A program made the position numbers and the translations under genes. Source: Felis catus (taxonomy: Eukaryota). From it: 64,000 nucleotides of DNA. Below the pieces are notes generated by a model. It ran no database searches and was not told where the DNA came from. It saw only the letters and a list, made by a program, of their open reading frames with translations. Below are positions 27,189 to 40,404 of this stretch, piece after piece (the stretch's first letter is position 1; each line of letters begins with the position of its first letter). The DNA is taken from NCBI RefSeq assembly GCF_018350175.1, contig NC_058368.1, positions 26,910,001-26,974,000 of the forward strand. The letters are read 5' to 3'.

Positions 27189-27205
27189 CCCAGTAGATGG
27201 CACTG
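27189..27205 (+). promoter_or_regulatory. Candidate CTCF site
   Basis: CCCAGTAGATGGCACTG fits the CTCF core CCASYAGRKGGCRS; motif match only. Confidence 0.45.
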
Positions 27206-30200
27206 TTTGCTACTTTTTACAAGTTAATTCAGTAAGGAAACATTCCCCTCACCCCCAAACCTATTTGTTTTTACAATAATATAAATCCAACCTCCATTTT
27301 TAAAAAGCATTACTTACAAGGAGCCCGATCATTATGTCCTTTTCCAGACTCACATTGAGTAACTCTGTCACAATTTATTAAACAGAACAGTACTTAAGGA
27401 TTATTAATCATGTCTGAGAGTAGAAAGCATTTAACTTGCTCCTTTTCTTTCACTTGCTGCCAAGATAGCTGTATTTCTCCTCCCCACTAGTCCTCATATA
27501 CATTGCAGATACTCTGTCTTCAAAAACTATGTAGGTTAAAAATCAATTTCAGGCCAGAACGGCACCTGTGTTTCAATGAAATTATGTTTGTATTAGGATT
27601 ACACCTAGTTCTCTCACTTCATTTTTTTCAAACAGTGTGACACATTACGAACAAATACTTTATCGTATTTTTTGACACGAGAATGAACTAATGTGCAGTT
27701 AATGTAGGTAGGTGACCGGAATCAGAAGGGGCACTGGTATGGCGCCCTAATCCTATGACCTCTAATCCTATGACCCTGGGTGCCCAGTTCAATGCATGAT
27801 CCACAGTAGCTACTCAGACTGTTGTTTATGTTGTTCTATTAAACTTAATCTCCTAGAATCAGGGAGGCCTTATGCAAAACTTTTAGAACTTCAGAAACAT
27901 AAATTCCATTATCTCCATTAGCAATATACTTAGTCTCCACTCTCCCCCCACCACCCCCATCAACCTAAGTGATGCTAATTTACTGTGTTTTCTGATCATC
28001 AGCATCAAACGTATATTTTAAAGCTTCTTGGGCTTTAGAGGCACATAGAGGCAATTCAGCAAGCACCATTTACTGTTGAAGGTTAAAGCAACTGTACCCT
28101 GTAATCTCCTACCCAGCTGCCAATACTAATTTAATACAGAAAGGTGAACACGTGGCTGAAACATTTAGCACAGTATCTACTTTCCCCATCTTGGTTTAAG
28201 ATTATGAAAATTATCTATTATCCACAAAAGCTAGTATTTCCAGTTAGTGATAGTTTCCCAACATCAGGGCACTAAATACATCCAAGTGCCAAGGTATTCT
28301 ATGAATGAAAATTTTATGTCTGTAAGCATTCAATTTGATTAAAATTCAGAAGCAGAGCAGAAAAAGATTAACAAAATGAACAGGAATATTCAGAAGAAAG
28401 AAAAATACCACCCAGAAAAGAGAAAAGGCAGAAAGGAGGGGAATCACCCTAACAACAACTTGAATTTTCTATATTTATCCATGTGTATTTGCTTCACTTG
28501 GTTGTCAATTTTAATTGGTCTGCAACATGCTGTGGTTCTAATGTATTCAGAATTTCAATTGTTGTTTCTGTCATCTATTATAGTATCCCCAAATGCAGTC
28601 TATTCCTAGTGAATAATAAGGGTTTCTCTCATTATAGAAATAAATAGCTTATTAAATCTACTGGTAGTTTTTATACCTGATGCCAGAACTGTTTAAAAGT
28701 GCAGAGAATGGGAAACTATCTCTTCCACAAGTCATATTTATTTTACTAAGAGTAAGGATGATTTATCAAGGTCGGCCCAATGCTAATTAAGATTTTGCAA
28801 AGGTTAAGCCAGGTATATACCAAAATGTCAGAAGTTCACTACTGATACTCCTGTCTTTCCAATGCAATTTGTGTTTTGAATGCCAAGACTATTTTTAAAA
28901 AGGAAAAAGCATCCTGCTGTGTGTGTGTTTGCATGTGTGCAACTACACAGATACATATTAAACCTTGATGGTTTTAAAATTTAACAGCCCACAGGATATA
29001 CTGACAAAGGTATAGACCTTGGAGGAACACAGATCTGGATTCCTGGATACATACTAATCATTATTAGTCTTCTTACCTTGTAAACTTACTTAACCTTTCC
29101 GGAACAGAACTTTGTCATCTATAAAAAATGAGAATAACCATGCATGCCCTACAGAAAGTGTACTTTATCACAATACCTGAAATATAGGAGAGGCTCAATA
29201 CTTGATTAGAAATTAGAACAAAGGTGAGCCCTGAAACAACTTCATATACGAGAATCTGGCTAGACAACAACTAAAAGCAAGTTGTTAATTACTTTTAAAC
29301 ACAACTTTAAGAGAAATAACAATAGAATCACTTTTAAAAGCATGTATTAGTACATTTGAAGTTTAACAAAAAATAATGCTGTACAAAACACATTAAGTAG
29401 AGTGAAATATACTGTAGAATTAACAGAACACCAAAGGGAAAATCACGATTCTGTTGCTCCTAGGCCATTCATTTGTTCATTCCTATTAATAAAAATGAGT
29501 TCCTCATCCTTGAGTAATACCTAGCAAGTATTTTTCTGTTTTACTTTGAATAGGACAGGTTAATAGATATCGAGGTTTGTTAATTTAGCTAATGTCAATA
29601 TGTATGTATGTATATTCTTTTGCGCTGTTCAGAGACATTGCTTAATGTGTGCCTAATCAGTACATGGAAATTAAGGTCAAGCACAATAAACATAAAGAAG
29701 ACTTCCGGGAGTTAGGCCCACTTTCTCCTGTCATTTTCTCTGATGTCTCTCAGATCTCTCACTTGATAGGAAAAGTTGGGTACATACCTAAAATTTCAGG
29801 TTTTATTGAAGGGTTAATGAAATTGAACTAGCACATGTTGATACTGGATTCATTCATGAATCCAGGGGTTGTATATTCTATAATACTCAAAATGTTATTA
29901 GAATATAGTACTATAAGTTATTCATTTTAAATAAGATTTTCTTCTAAGAGAAATAGTTTCATGTTTTGTGGATTTCTCTGGAAAATGAAGAACTGAACTG
30001 AGGACAGACATAAGGTTAGTTGTAATTCAACAATATGTGTGTTTTATAGAGGCTGTGTGGGTGAGAAAGGATTGTTGGTCTGTTGAGTTGGTTTTGATTC
30101 TAAGAAATAAGACTTAGTGAGTTCAACCACTGGCTTCCTTGATGAACCATTTTGAAAAGATAATTAGCCAAAATGCTACTAAAAGACATCTGCAAAATGA

Positions 30201-30962
30201 CAGCATACATAGAAAGGATGTCGAGGATGATGATTTGGTCCCTAAACTAGTGCCCATATCAAATGTGTGCAGTCATTTGATTCTAGCACCACTAAGTAAA
30301 GACACTCTACAACTACTATATGAGCAATGCCTTCGGTTCAAATCTGGTCTAGCTAATTGGATTACTGACTGTTTCCTGCCACATCTAAGAAAAGTAGCCA
30401 CTGTGTCCACAGCCATTCTCACACCCTTCCCTTCATTATTACTGTTCCCCAACTCATTTACTGCCCAATCTAGCTTGTGTGTTTCACACTTTTCCAAAGC
30501 TCAATATAGCACACAAATGTCTTAGACCTTCCATTTGCCATTAGCATAAACAGAGAACATTCATAGCAGACTCTCAATTGTAAGTCTTGTGTGTCCTCGT
30601 ATCAGTTTCTGATTTCTGGACAGCCCTGAAGATTTTAGCAGTCAACATATCACATACTTTTGTAATGAAATGAAAGGTTAGACGTATACTTTTTTAGGCC
30701 CTTCATTTATTGGATTTTTCAGGTTATAGCTGAGTCTATTAGAGAGGTAGTATGTAGGGGAGCTGCTGAACAGAGGTAGCAACCTGGTAGGAGAATGATA
30801 GGATGGAGAGTGGTACTGGAAACTGGCATCACAAGGGTCACTAAATGAAACAGAAAAGTAGCAATACAGAATAGTTTTGTGGGTTGAACAGCGGTCTGGA
30901 CTGCAAGGACATTGGGACTCAGTAATTAACTCTTGAGTCCTGCTGATAGAATAGTCATAATA

Positions 30963-30994
30963 TTAATTAATTAATTAATTAATTAATTAATTAA
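30963..30994. repeat. (TTAA)8 self-complementary microsatellite at an L2 tail
   Basis: Eight perfect TTAA units followed by L2-like 'caactatttatgaagcacttgttgtgggccaggg'. Confidence 0.92.
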
Positions 30995-31757
30995 ACAACT
31001 ATTTATGAAGCACTTGTTGTGGGCCAGGGACAGAGTTAAGTGCTGAGACCCAGAGGGAAGAAAATAGATAAGCTTCTTGATGCTTCTTGACATGCTCACA
31101 GACCCGGCACGGTTACTGCTATGAGGTTCCTGCAGCATCAGTTGAGAAGACCACAGGGCAGAGACTATGCAGGTCTGGATTCCCCTCCAGCTGCGCTGCT
31201 GACTTGCTGAGGGGTCTTGGATAAGGCATTTAACCTCTTTGTCTCACTTTCTGCCTTCATACAAGGAGGCTAACAGTAAAGCTGCCCTCTCTAGCTTCCT
31301 CACAATGTCGGTGCGATAGACAAACGAGATAATCGATATGAGAATGCTTTGAAAATTGTAGAGTACCCATTTTATTTTCACCTTTCTATACACAGAAATA
31401 ATAATTTCCACCTATTCACCTCACATGGATGCTGTCGCTTCTTGGCATTTATTGAACAACAATGCTCTCTCTCTGATTTACAAATAGAATTAGACAGAGT
31501 TCCTGCCCTGTGATTTTAAACTAGGCAGACATGCATGATAAAAAGATGCGAAAACATTCAAGATAGACAATGTTGTGTGATGATCATTAATGTGTTTATA
31601 AAGGGCCAATGTGGTTCTTAGATGGAAAAATGCTATCAGCATTTTTCATAGTCCTTGGGATATTTGCTTACTGCAAAAATATAATCCCAATAATATAAAC
31701 CAAGAGGAAAGGTACGGGAGGATTGAAAAGAAATAAAGTTGTTTTAAAAGAAGGGGA

Positions 31758-31967
31758 GGGGCACCTGGGAGGCTCAGTTGGTTAAGCGGCCGACTTCAGC
31801 TCAGGTCACGATCTCACGGTCTGTGAGTTCGAGGCCCACGTCAGGCTCTGTGCTGACAGCTCAGAGCATGGAGACTCCTTCGGATTCTGTGTCTCCCTCT
31901 CTCTCTACCCCTCCCCCACTCATGCTCTGTCTCTGTCTCAAAAATAAATAAACATTAAAAAAATTTG
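31758..31967 (+). mobile_element. Feline Can-SINE
   Basis: Full-length body; TTTAAAAGAA on both flanks. Confidence 0.95.
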
Positions 31968-32209
31968 TTTAAAAGAAAGAGATAAATAACATGATGTACT
32001 GAACACCTTACTACATGCTTTGTACCAGGCTGAGTCTTAGATGAGTGAATCACTGGTGTGAGATGAACGAACAGCATCTCACTTTGCAAATGCATTCTTT
32101 ATTTTGTTCTAGAAACTATGCCAAGTAAATTAGTTCATGGTTGACTGTGTTACTATATTTAGCTTTGAAAATATTAATATTTTAAAATAGTAACAACTGT
32201 AGTAATACC

Positions 32210-32440
32210 CTCCAAATGTTTTAGCATTTATACGATGCCTTAGATTTTACAAAATTTTTATGTGAAAAATTCAATTTAATCTTCATAATAGCTTTGGGAG
32301 ATGAGCATTACCATTTTCTCTAATTTAGAGATGAAAATACTGAGCAGGAGCTGGTAAAATAATTTACTCAAAGTAAGACAGTAAGTGGGAGACGCATGGC
32401 TTGAACCCAGGCTTTCTGACACAAGGATATATTTTCCATC
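32210..32440 (-). mobile_element. MIR
   Basis: 'tttagagatgaaaatactgag...taatttactcaaagt...ggcttgaacccaggctttctgac'. Confidence 0.75.
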
Positions 32441-32715
32441 TTCACTCCTCATAAATAAATCAACAGTCTACAACAAAGCACCATCATAACAGGCTAGGAA
32501 AAGAAAGACCTGGAAAATAAATTAAAAAGCAAATTCAAAGCATGGATTGAATTTGGAAGCATCGTCCCTTGTACCCCTCATCTTATTCCACTTGTAGAAT
32601 TTATAAGTCAATTGCATTGGTTTCCAGAGTGATGCAGTCATTAGAAGGATTCTGTGAAATGGTAGTTCTGGGCAAACACTGCCTTCTTAAGGAATGTCAA
32701 TTAAACCGTGAAGGT

Positions 32716-32927
32716 TTAAATTTTTTTTTAACGTTTATTTATTTTTGAGAGAAAGAGACAGAGCATGAGTGGGAGAGGGGCAGAGAGAGGGAGACGCAGA
32801 ATGGGAAGCAGGCTCCAGGCTCTGAGCTGTCAGCAAAAAGCCCAACTCGGGGCTCGAACTCACGAGTGGCGAGTTCGTGACCTGAGCTGAAGTTGGACAC
32901 TTAACCGACTGAGTCACCTAGGCGCCC
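32716..32927 (-). mobile_element. Feline Can-SINE
   Basis: TSD AAACYGTGAAGGT at 32703-32715 and 32928-32940. Confidence 0.95.
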
Positions 32928-33370
32928 AAACTGTGAAGGTGTGATTGTGATTATGGTTTTGCATACCTATAGTACATATTTCTTTCATATATTTAAGATG
33001 CTCAAAAAAAGAGCCTTGATGGGAGATTTACCAAAACATTTAAAGCATTTATTTTATTTGCATCCAGCTATAAGTAGTAATGTATAACATGGAATCTGTA
33101 AAGAGAGTAAAAATGGCTTTGAAAAATATAAGACAAACCCAAAGTCATAATTGACATTTCCACTGTAAGAATGAAACAAGGTTCTAGTTAACTGTATTAA
33201 TGACAAAGCTTATACGAGTAAAACACATACACATTCACATAATTATGCATGGTTGTTAGCAAGACGTTAATGATTCCCTGGAAATTCTAACAGTCTTCTA
33301 GTCCAAGAACAGATTACTACATGGCAGTTAAAGTAAAAGACAACAACTACTACATTAACTCTTGGGGTAG

Positions 33371-33730
33371 GGTCTTAGTTCAGGCTATTACAGAATAACA
33401 CTGACTGGGTGGCTAAAACAACCAACATTTATTTCTTGCAGTTCTGAAGGCTAGTCAGTCCAAGATCAGGGTGCTGGCTGATTCTGGGGTTGGTGAAGCC
33501 TCTCTCCCTAGCTTGCAGGTGACCATCTCTTCCATATACCCTCATAAAGTGGAAAGCAAGCTTTTGTATTTCTTCTTGTAAGGACATTAATCCCTTTCTT
33601 GAAGGCTCCACCCTCATGACCTTATTAGATGTATCCTCCCCAAAGTCCCACATCCTAATACCAATAACGTCATTTTAGGGGGTAGGATTTCAACATGTGA
33701 ATTTGGGGGGGACACATTCCATCCATAGCA
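33371..33730 (-). mobile_element. MLT1A-like (ERVL-MaLR) solo LTR
   Basis: 'gtcttagtt...aacatttatttcttgcagttctgaaggct...tgaatttggggggga cacattccatccatagca'; 5-bp TSD GGTAG at 33366-33370 and 33731-33735. Confidence 0.92.
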
Positions 33731-34042
33731 GGTAGACTGGCATATCATATTCCCTCTCTCCCCACCCTCCTACAATAAAAACAAGATCTTTAACACGAGA
33801 TCTTTTACCACGTAAGAACAAAATCTTGTTTCTTCTCGCCCAGACTACTGTCTCCATTCTAGAAATCTAAAATGGAGATTATCTCACTAAAACAGCTGCT
33901 AAAGTCCAACTGCTATTTATTTTCATTTTTCCTTCTATAATTGTCATGGAATAAAATCATTAAAATGTATCACAATAACCTCTTGGTCTGGCTTTTCCTA
34001 TTCTACAGTATCAGAGAATCATCTGAGTAAAAGAGTACTTGA

Positions 34043-34208
34043 GGGGTGCATGAGTGGCTCAGTCGGTTAAATGACTGACTCTTGACTTCAGCTCAGGTCA
34101 TGATCTTGTGGTTTGGGAGTTCAAGCCCCACATGGGGCTCTGTGCTGACAGTGTGAAGTCTGCTTGGGATTCTCTATCTCCCTCTGTCTCTGTCCCTCCC
34201 CTGCTCAC

Positions 34209-34256
<48 letters not shown>

Positions 34257-34278
34257 AAAATAAATAAACATTAAAAAC
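34043..34278 (+). mobile_element. Can-SINE with long (CT)n
   Basis: TSD AAAGAGTACTTGA at 34030-34042 and 34279-34291. Confidence 0.96.
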
Positions 34279-34534
34279 AAAGAGTACTTGATTAATCACT
34301 AATGTCTGGATTTAGTAAGTACTGTATATAAACACTTTTATTTAGACCTGTTTATAAAGAGCTTCATATGGACATATATAAAAGGACAATTCCACTGTCT
34401 TTCTTAACTCAACTTGGATAGAATCACTTTATCAGGAAACTCTTCTTCATACTCTGATTATAAATCCCTTATATGCCCCAGATTAAGAAATATAAATATA
34501 CACATGTTCCATGTGAAAACTCTTGGAGTATCTT

Positions 34535-34763
34535 TTTTTTTTTTTTTTAATTTTTTTTTCAACGTTTATTTATTTTTGGGGACAGAGAGAGACAGAGCAT
34601 GAACGGGGGAGGGGCAGAGAGAGAGGGAGACACAGAATCGGAAACAGGCTCCAGGCTCCGAGCCATCAGCCCAGAGCCTGACGCGGGGCTCGAACTCACG
34701 GACCGCGAGATCGTAACCTGGCTGAAGTCGGACGCTTAACCGACTGCGCCACCCAGGCGCCCC
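34535..34763 (-). mobile_element. Young feline Can-SINE
   Basis: TSD TTGGAGTATCTT at 34523-34534 and 34764-34775. Confidence 0.97.
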
Positions 34764-35358
34764 TTGGAGTATCTTAAATATGAAAAAGAGATTCAGTTCA
34801 TTTATTTCCAAAAACTTGTGATTTTTATGATAGGAAGCACTGAATGTTTCAGGTTGGATCACATAGGACGTAACCCTTAATGAAACCTTCATGGTCTGGG
34901 CTTGGTCCACAGTTTTGCAGTTTCAAACAACGGAGTAGTGGTCTGGCCCTGAGGAACGGATTCGTACTAGCTGAAATCACAAGAAACTGATTCCTTTCAG
35001 GGTGAATATGTGGTATGATGTGAAGGGTGAGCAGAGTTGATCAGGAAGGAGGAAGGTCAGATGTATGCCTTTCTGCTTGGGATGCTCTTTTACGGATGTC
35101 AGTGTATCTGAAAAACTGAATTCCAATAAATACTTTATGTATTCAGAATACAGTCTAGACATGGGAAGTAAGTAAAGCGAGACTATTTGTATTGAAAAAT
35201 AGATGTTCCCAAGTCTGTGAAATGGAATTCTCTTTGGAGCGGAGGAGAAGCTATGATCAGTTGCACTGATAGAAACTAGAAGGGATAACTGACATTTTGA
35301 AGAAATGTAGAGAAAACAGACATGTGAACTCAAAAGTCCATTTGGTGGTGGAGGAAGG

Positions 35359-35776
35359 TATGCTGGTCAGGGTTCTGCAGAGAAGGAGAACCAATATCTA
35401 TATTTAAAGAGATTTATTGTAAGGAATTGGCTCACATGATGATGGAGGCTGAGAAGTCCCACGATCCGCTGTGTGTAAGCTGGAGACCTAGGCAAGCCAG
35501 TGGTGTAGTTCTGGTTGGAGTTCAGAGTCCTGGGAATCAGGAGAACCAATGGTGTCAGAGGGAACAAATTCTCCCTTCTGCCTTTTAGTTCTATTTGGGT
35601 CCTCAACAGATGGGATGATGCCCACCCACTTTGGGGAGGACAATCTGCTTTCCTCTACTGATTCAAATGCTAATCTCATCCAGAAACACTCTCATAGACA
35701 CATCCAGAAATAATGTTTAGCCAAATATCTGGGCACCCTATGGTCCTGTCAAGTTGACACATAAAATTAACCATAA
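35359..35776 (-). mobile_element. MLT2-like (ERVL) solo LTR
   Basis: 'agagatttattgtaaggaattggctcacatgatgatggaggctgagaagtccc...gtcaagttgacacataaaattaaccat'. Confidence 0.9.
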
Positions 35777-35824
35777 AAGAAAGTAAACTCTATATGCCCT
35801 TAGTATCCCCCAGGGGCAGGTCAA

Positions 35825-36005
35825 CATTAGGAAATGCTTAGTGTTGTCTCATTGATCATCACAAAATGTTTTAACAGTTAGGTATTAAACTACCCCTATT
35901 TTCAGATGAAGAAACTGAGGCCTAGAGAGGTTAAGAAACATACTCAAGCTTACTCAGAGAGTGACAGACCTGTGACTTAAATCTAGCTTAATTTGATCTT
36001 AAATT
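35825..36005 (-). mobile_element. MIR
   Basis: 'cctattttcagatgaagaaactgaggcctagagaggttaag'. Confidence 0.8.
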
Positions 36006-37432
36006 GCATATTTTTATTTTTCTATGCTAACTATAAAAAGCATTCTAGTGATTCTAATTTGTGAAGTTTAGGTTAAAGGATACAAAACATACCATATTTT
36101 AGCAGAAAGTAAATTAAAATTATTGTTGCATTTATTTCAATTTTTCTTAGTTCCTCTGGTCAAATGTTTTTATTATAATAATTCAAAGGCTGGTTTTTGA
36201 GAATAGAGTCAAACAAATTTAAAGTGCATAGCATCCATCCCTTGGAGCTTCAACCAAGCCGTGTATCACATTTGAGGATCATTTCATGGCTACTCAACTC
36301 TCAAGGACTTGGTTCTGGAGCACTGGCCTCATCCTGTCTCCCAGTCTCAGATTTTCTGTTTCTGCCCTCACCTTACCTTTCAGATTTAATGGTGTGAACA
36401 TGGCATCTTATGACATCTGGCACAGGAAAGAATCAAGGTAAGTAATCATGTGCAATAAGGGAATACCTTTCTAGTTGCTGAAACTCTCTCATTTGCTAAC
36501 TTTGATGGCTCTCTCCTTTGATTAATGTCAGACACATGCTATCAATTCTTGGAAACTTTTTAATACATATTGTTATTCCCTGTATACAATTTCTAAGACT
36601 ATAGCTTGTCTCATATGTTGCATTTTATTATCTCATTATTTTCTTTTATGAGTTGTACATACAATGTTGTAACTTATTTACTTAAAACTTTCGTAATTCA
36701 CAATGTAGGGCATATATTTCTCAGAGAACTATATGTAATTAATCTCACCTCGTTTTCTTTTTTTCTTTCCTTCTGTCAGTTCTTTAGCGCTCGTTTTAAG
36801 AGGGGTGGCAGAGGGCCTGGTCTCTTGGATTTGTAGGGGGACAGATTGGGTTGTGGTTGTTTTACTTTGGGAACCTGTAGCCTTCTGTACAACTAGCGAA
36901 CCAGCAAAATTATAAACAAACATTGTTATATGTTTCATTAATAATGATAGCTTCTGGGTAAAATAGTGAACATGCTCAATTGTGAAAGTTGGAGATTCTA
37001 CTGGAATTATCGCTGGCACTTGCATTGCGAAGGACTGTTTATAGACTCCTAAAAGCAAAATAAAACAAACTTCCCAAATTTTGCCTGCAGCAATTGACAT
37101 AAAACATGAACTCAAATAATTCACCACTACACAGACCTTCTGTTGAACCAGTAGATGGTCACTCCAGTGCACACTCTGGTTACTTATTGAAATCAAGAAT
37201 CTTTTTTGCTCCATCAGGGAATGCAGTACCAGATCCAAGGTCAGAGCTGGACCTCATCTTGGGGGTGGAGGCTAAGTAATGCAAAGCACCCACAGAATGG
37301 CCAGAGGCCAAGGAGCAGGGCTTGTGACTCCAGATCACGTCAGCTCAAGGTGAGACTAAGTTTTTAAAGGGTCATTAAAAAGGACTCATTGTTAGATGTG
37401 GTGAAAGTGAGGAAATAGGAAGGGAAGTTTTC

Positions 37433-37654
37433 TTTTAAAAAAATTTTTTTTAATGTTTATTTTTGAGACAGAGAGAGACAGAGCATGAGCAGGGGAGGGG
37501 CAGAGAGAGAGGGAGACACAGAATCTGAAGCAGGCTCCAGGCTCTGAGCTGTTAGCACAGAGCCCTACATGGGGCTCAAACCCAGGAATGGTGAGATCAT
37601 GACCCGAGCTGAAGTCAGTCAGAAGCTCAACCGACCGAGCCACCCAGGCGCCCC
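37433..37654 (-). mobile_element. Can-SINE
   Basis: TSD AGGAAGGGAAGTTTTC at 37417-37432 and 37655-37670. Confidence 0.96.
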
Positions 37655-38089
37655 AGGAAGGGAAGTTTTCAAAGATGATTGGCTAAAATCCTGTTTAAGC
37701 TGCGTGATGAACAAAGGGCCCATCTTGGAAGAAAAGTGTATGAAAGGAAAAAACAAAAGAGAACAAAACTGTTGAACTTTTTTGTGAACCGTTTTTACTA
37801 AAATGCTAGTATGCATTTAAATGGCTGAACATTGACTTGAATCACTTTTTAAAGGATGAATCTATGCAAATAAAATGTCTAGAAGGATATATACCAGAAC
37901 AGTAATGGTGATTGGTCCCTGAGAGGTGATGTAACAGCAATTTTTTCTTCCTTATACATTCTGCATTGCCTTTTTTTTTTTTTTTTTTTTAACCCAACGA
38001 ACACATACACCACTTTCACAGTTAAGGGGAGGGGGCAGAAAACAGTGAACTATTCTTGATTTAGAAAATTACTATTGGTATTAATTTTT

Positions 38090-38307
38090 TTTTAATTTTT
38101 TTTCAACGTTTATTTATTTTTTGGGACAGAGAGAGACAGAGCATGAACGGGCGAGGGGCAGAGAGAGAGGGAGACACAGAATCCAAAGCGGGCTCCAGGC
38201 TCTGAGCCATCAGCCCAGAGCCCGACACGGGGCTCGAACTCACGGACCGCGAGATCGTGACCTGGCTGAAGTCGGACGCTTAACCGACTGCGCCACCCAG
38301 GCGCCCC
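38090..38307 (-). mobile_element. Young feline Can-SINE
   Basis: TSD TGGTATTAATTTTT at 38076-38089 and 38308-38321. Confidence 0.97.
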
Positions 38308-40215
38308 TGGTATTAATTTTTAAAATAAATGTTCACATAGGCAAGTTAGCAGGGCAAACCATCACTGGGAAAGGAGAATCCGTGTGACCGAAAAAAACAG
38401 AGACTAATTAAAAACAAATGAACACAAAAGCCTGGGTTTTGCAATAGCAGTAGAATTTATAGAATTACAGCACCTCTAGAATTATGGAACCCACAATATC
38501 CTGCATGTGTCTGTTTCTGCCAACTTTTGGTTGTCTGTGGTTTTCCTAAAATATCCTTGGAAGGGACTCCCAGGAATCATCAAATCATTCAACATTATTT
38601 GAGTTATCTTCTAACAAAAACCTCCAAAATTTCCGCAGGAGCCTCCCATTCATGTACGTGCTCCAATTTTCTGCCACAGACATTTTTTAAAAAATTAGTA
38701 TTTAGATCCAAGATTTCACAGAGTTACTTAGCTCCTACGATGTGAGGGATCCTTTCTCACATTATTTCATGTAATTGTCTTAACCAATGAGTCAGTTATT
38801 ATTATCCGCATTACACAGGAGGGCCACCTGATGCTTCGAAAGTGAGTTGCCCCGGGTCTCACAGTAAGCTGTCGGCCAGAATAGGATTGAACTTAGATCT
38901 TATGACTTGGTGCCCAGTACTATTTTTATATGATGCTAAGATGCCGGAAAAGTAAAAAGATATGATTGATGTTCCTGCTTTCCCCACATGAAAGCCTCTG
39001 GGGTCCTTGGGGAGGCAGGCTGTGTAAAATGTTCAACACGTGGATGGTTGGGCTTTCCACAGTTCTAATTTTGTGACTGGCTTTCTGTCTGTGCCACTGT
39101 ATAAGGGGCAGGGGAATTCATGGTAACACTCTAACCACTGGAAACTTCTTGTTTCCTTATGTTGGTGCTTTTGTACTCTTCATAATTCTGTCATGAATTA
39201 AGTGAAGGAGTTGCAGTTTTAAAAATTATATTAACCAAAAGTAATTCTGTGTCAGCAAGCCAAAAGAAACCGCGAAGACAAAAATTAAGAAGTTTTAAGG
39301 AGAGTCCTTAGTAAAATATTATGTTAATAGTATGTTATGTTAAATAATAAATATTATAATATTTATTTTATATTTATATTCTATTCATTTATAATTTAAA
39401 ATAAAATATTATGTAAAATTCTCCAAGAATAGACTGCTGGGTCTCTGTAGATCTAGGCTTTTCAAAATGCGTGGGTACCCCCCTAATTCTTTGATCAATG
39501 GAAATATTAGCTCTAATATATCCTAATCAATTCCACTTTGCCCGGGGATCCTGTGATAGATAATCCATAGCTGCCATTGCCAACATAGTCCATTTTTTCT
39601 TGCCAGCAATTTTATTCTTATCTCTAATCTAAAATTCAGAATACAGCAATAAACTAGCTTTTTACATTACACATCATGCAACAGTCTAAGTGATTATTAC
39701 TAGGGGTGTATGAATATAAAAACATGCATTTAGACATAGGTCGCTAATAACCAATTTTCAACAGAATGGTTTAACAATTGGTTTAAAAAGTTGTATTAGT
39801 TAATTCAAATTGAGGCTTGTTGTATCTGGTCAAGTGCTAAAGTATGCTTATGTTAGCTTTTTTGTTCCTAAGAATAATGATAGCTAGATGATAGGCTCTT
39901 TAAAGGCAGAAATAGATTGCACTTTATACTTTTTGGTAAAAACCACAGCATAAGGAACAGAATTAATTATGGAGTAGGTACTCAATAAATACTTGCTTGG
40001 TTTCCTGATTTGTTTATGCATCTTCTTGGTGTTGACAATCAACTAAATTATCAGGTTAAAAATAGAAATGAGGATATTAGTAAATCTACCAATTCATCTC
40101 TCTATAGCTGTAAATCTCAATGTGCAAAGGACGTATGTTAGGGGTTCCTTACCTCAGCTTCAGAGTGGATTCCCTTAACTCCTGAAATTTTACTCAAATA
40201 TGTTTTACATCTTCA

Positions 40216-40404
40216 GGGGAGCCTGGGTGGCTCAGTCAGTTGAGCGTCCAATTTCGGCTCAGATCATGATCTCATGGTTCACGGGTTCCTGAGTTTGAGC
40301 CCCATGAGAGCACAGAGCTGACTAAGGATTCTCTGTCTCCCTCTCTCTCTGCCCCTCCGCCACTCACTCCCTCAAAAATAATCATTAAAAAAATTAAAAA
40401 AAAT
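40216..40404 (+). mobile_element. Internally deleted Can-SINE inside a probable old DNA-transposon remnant (~40140-40505)
   Basis: TSD TTTTACATCTTCA at 40203-40215 and 40408-40420. Confidence 0.9.

Noticed and set aside
36729..37238. 169-aa minus-strand ORF in apparently unique sequence
   Set aside because: No recognisable homology, splice signals or poly(A)/TSD of a retrocopy.
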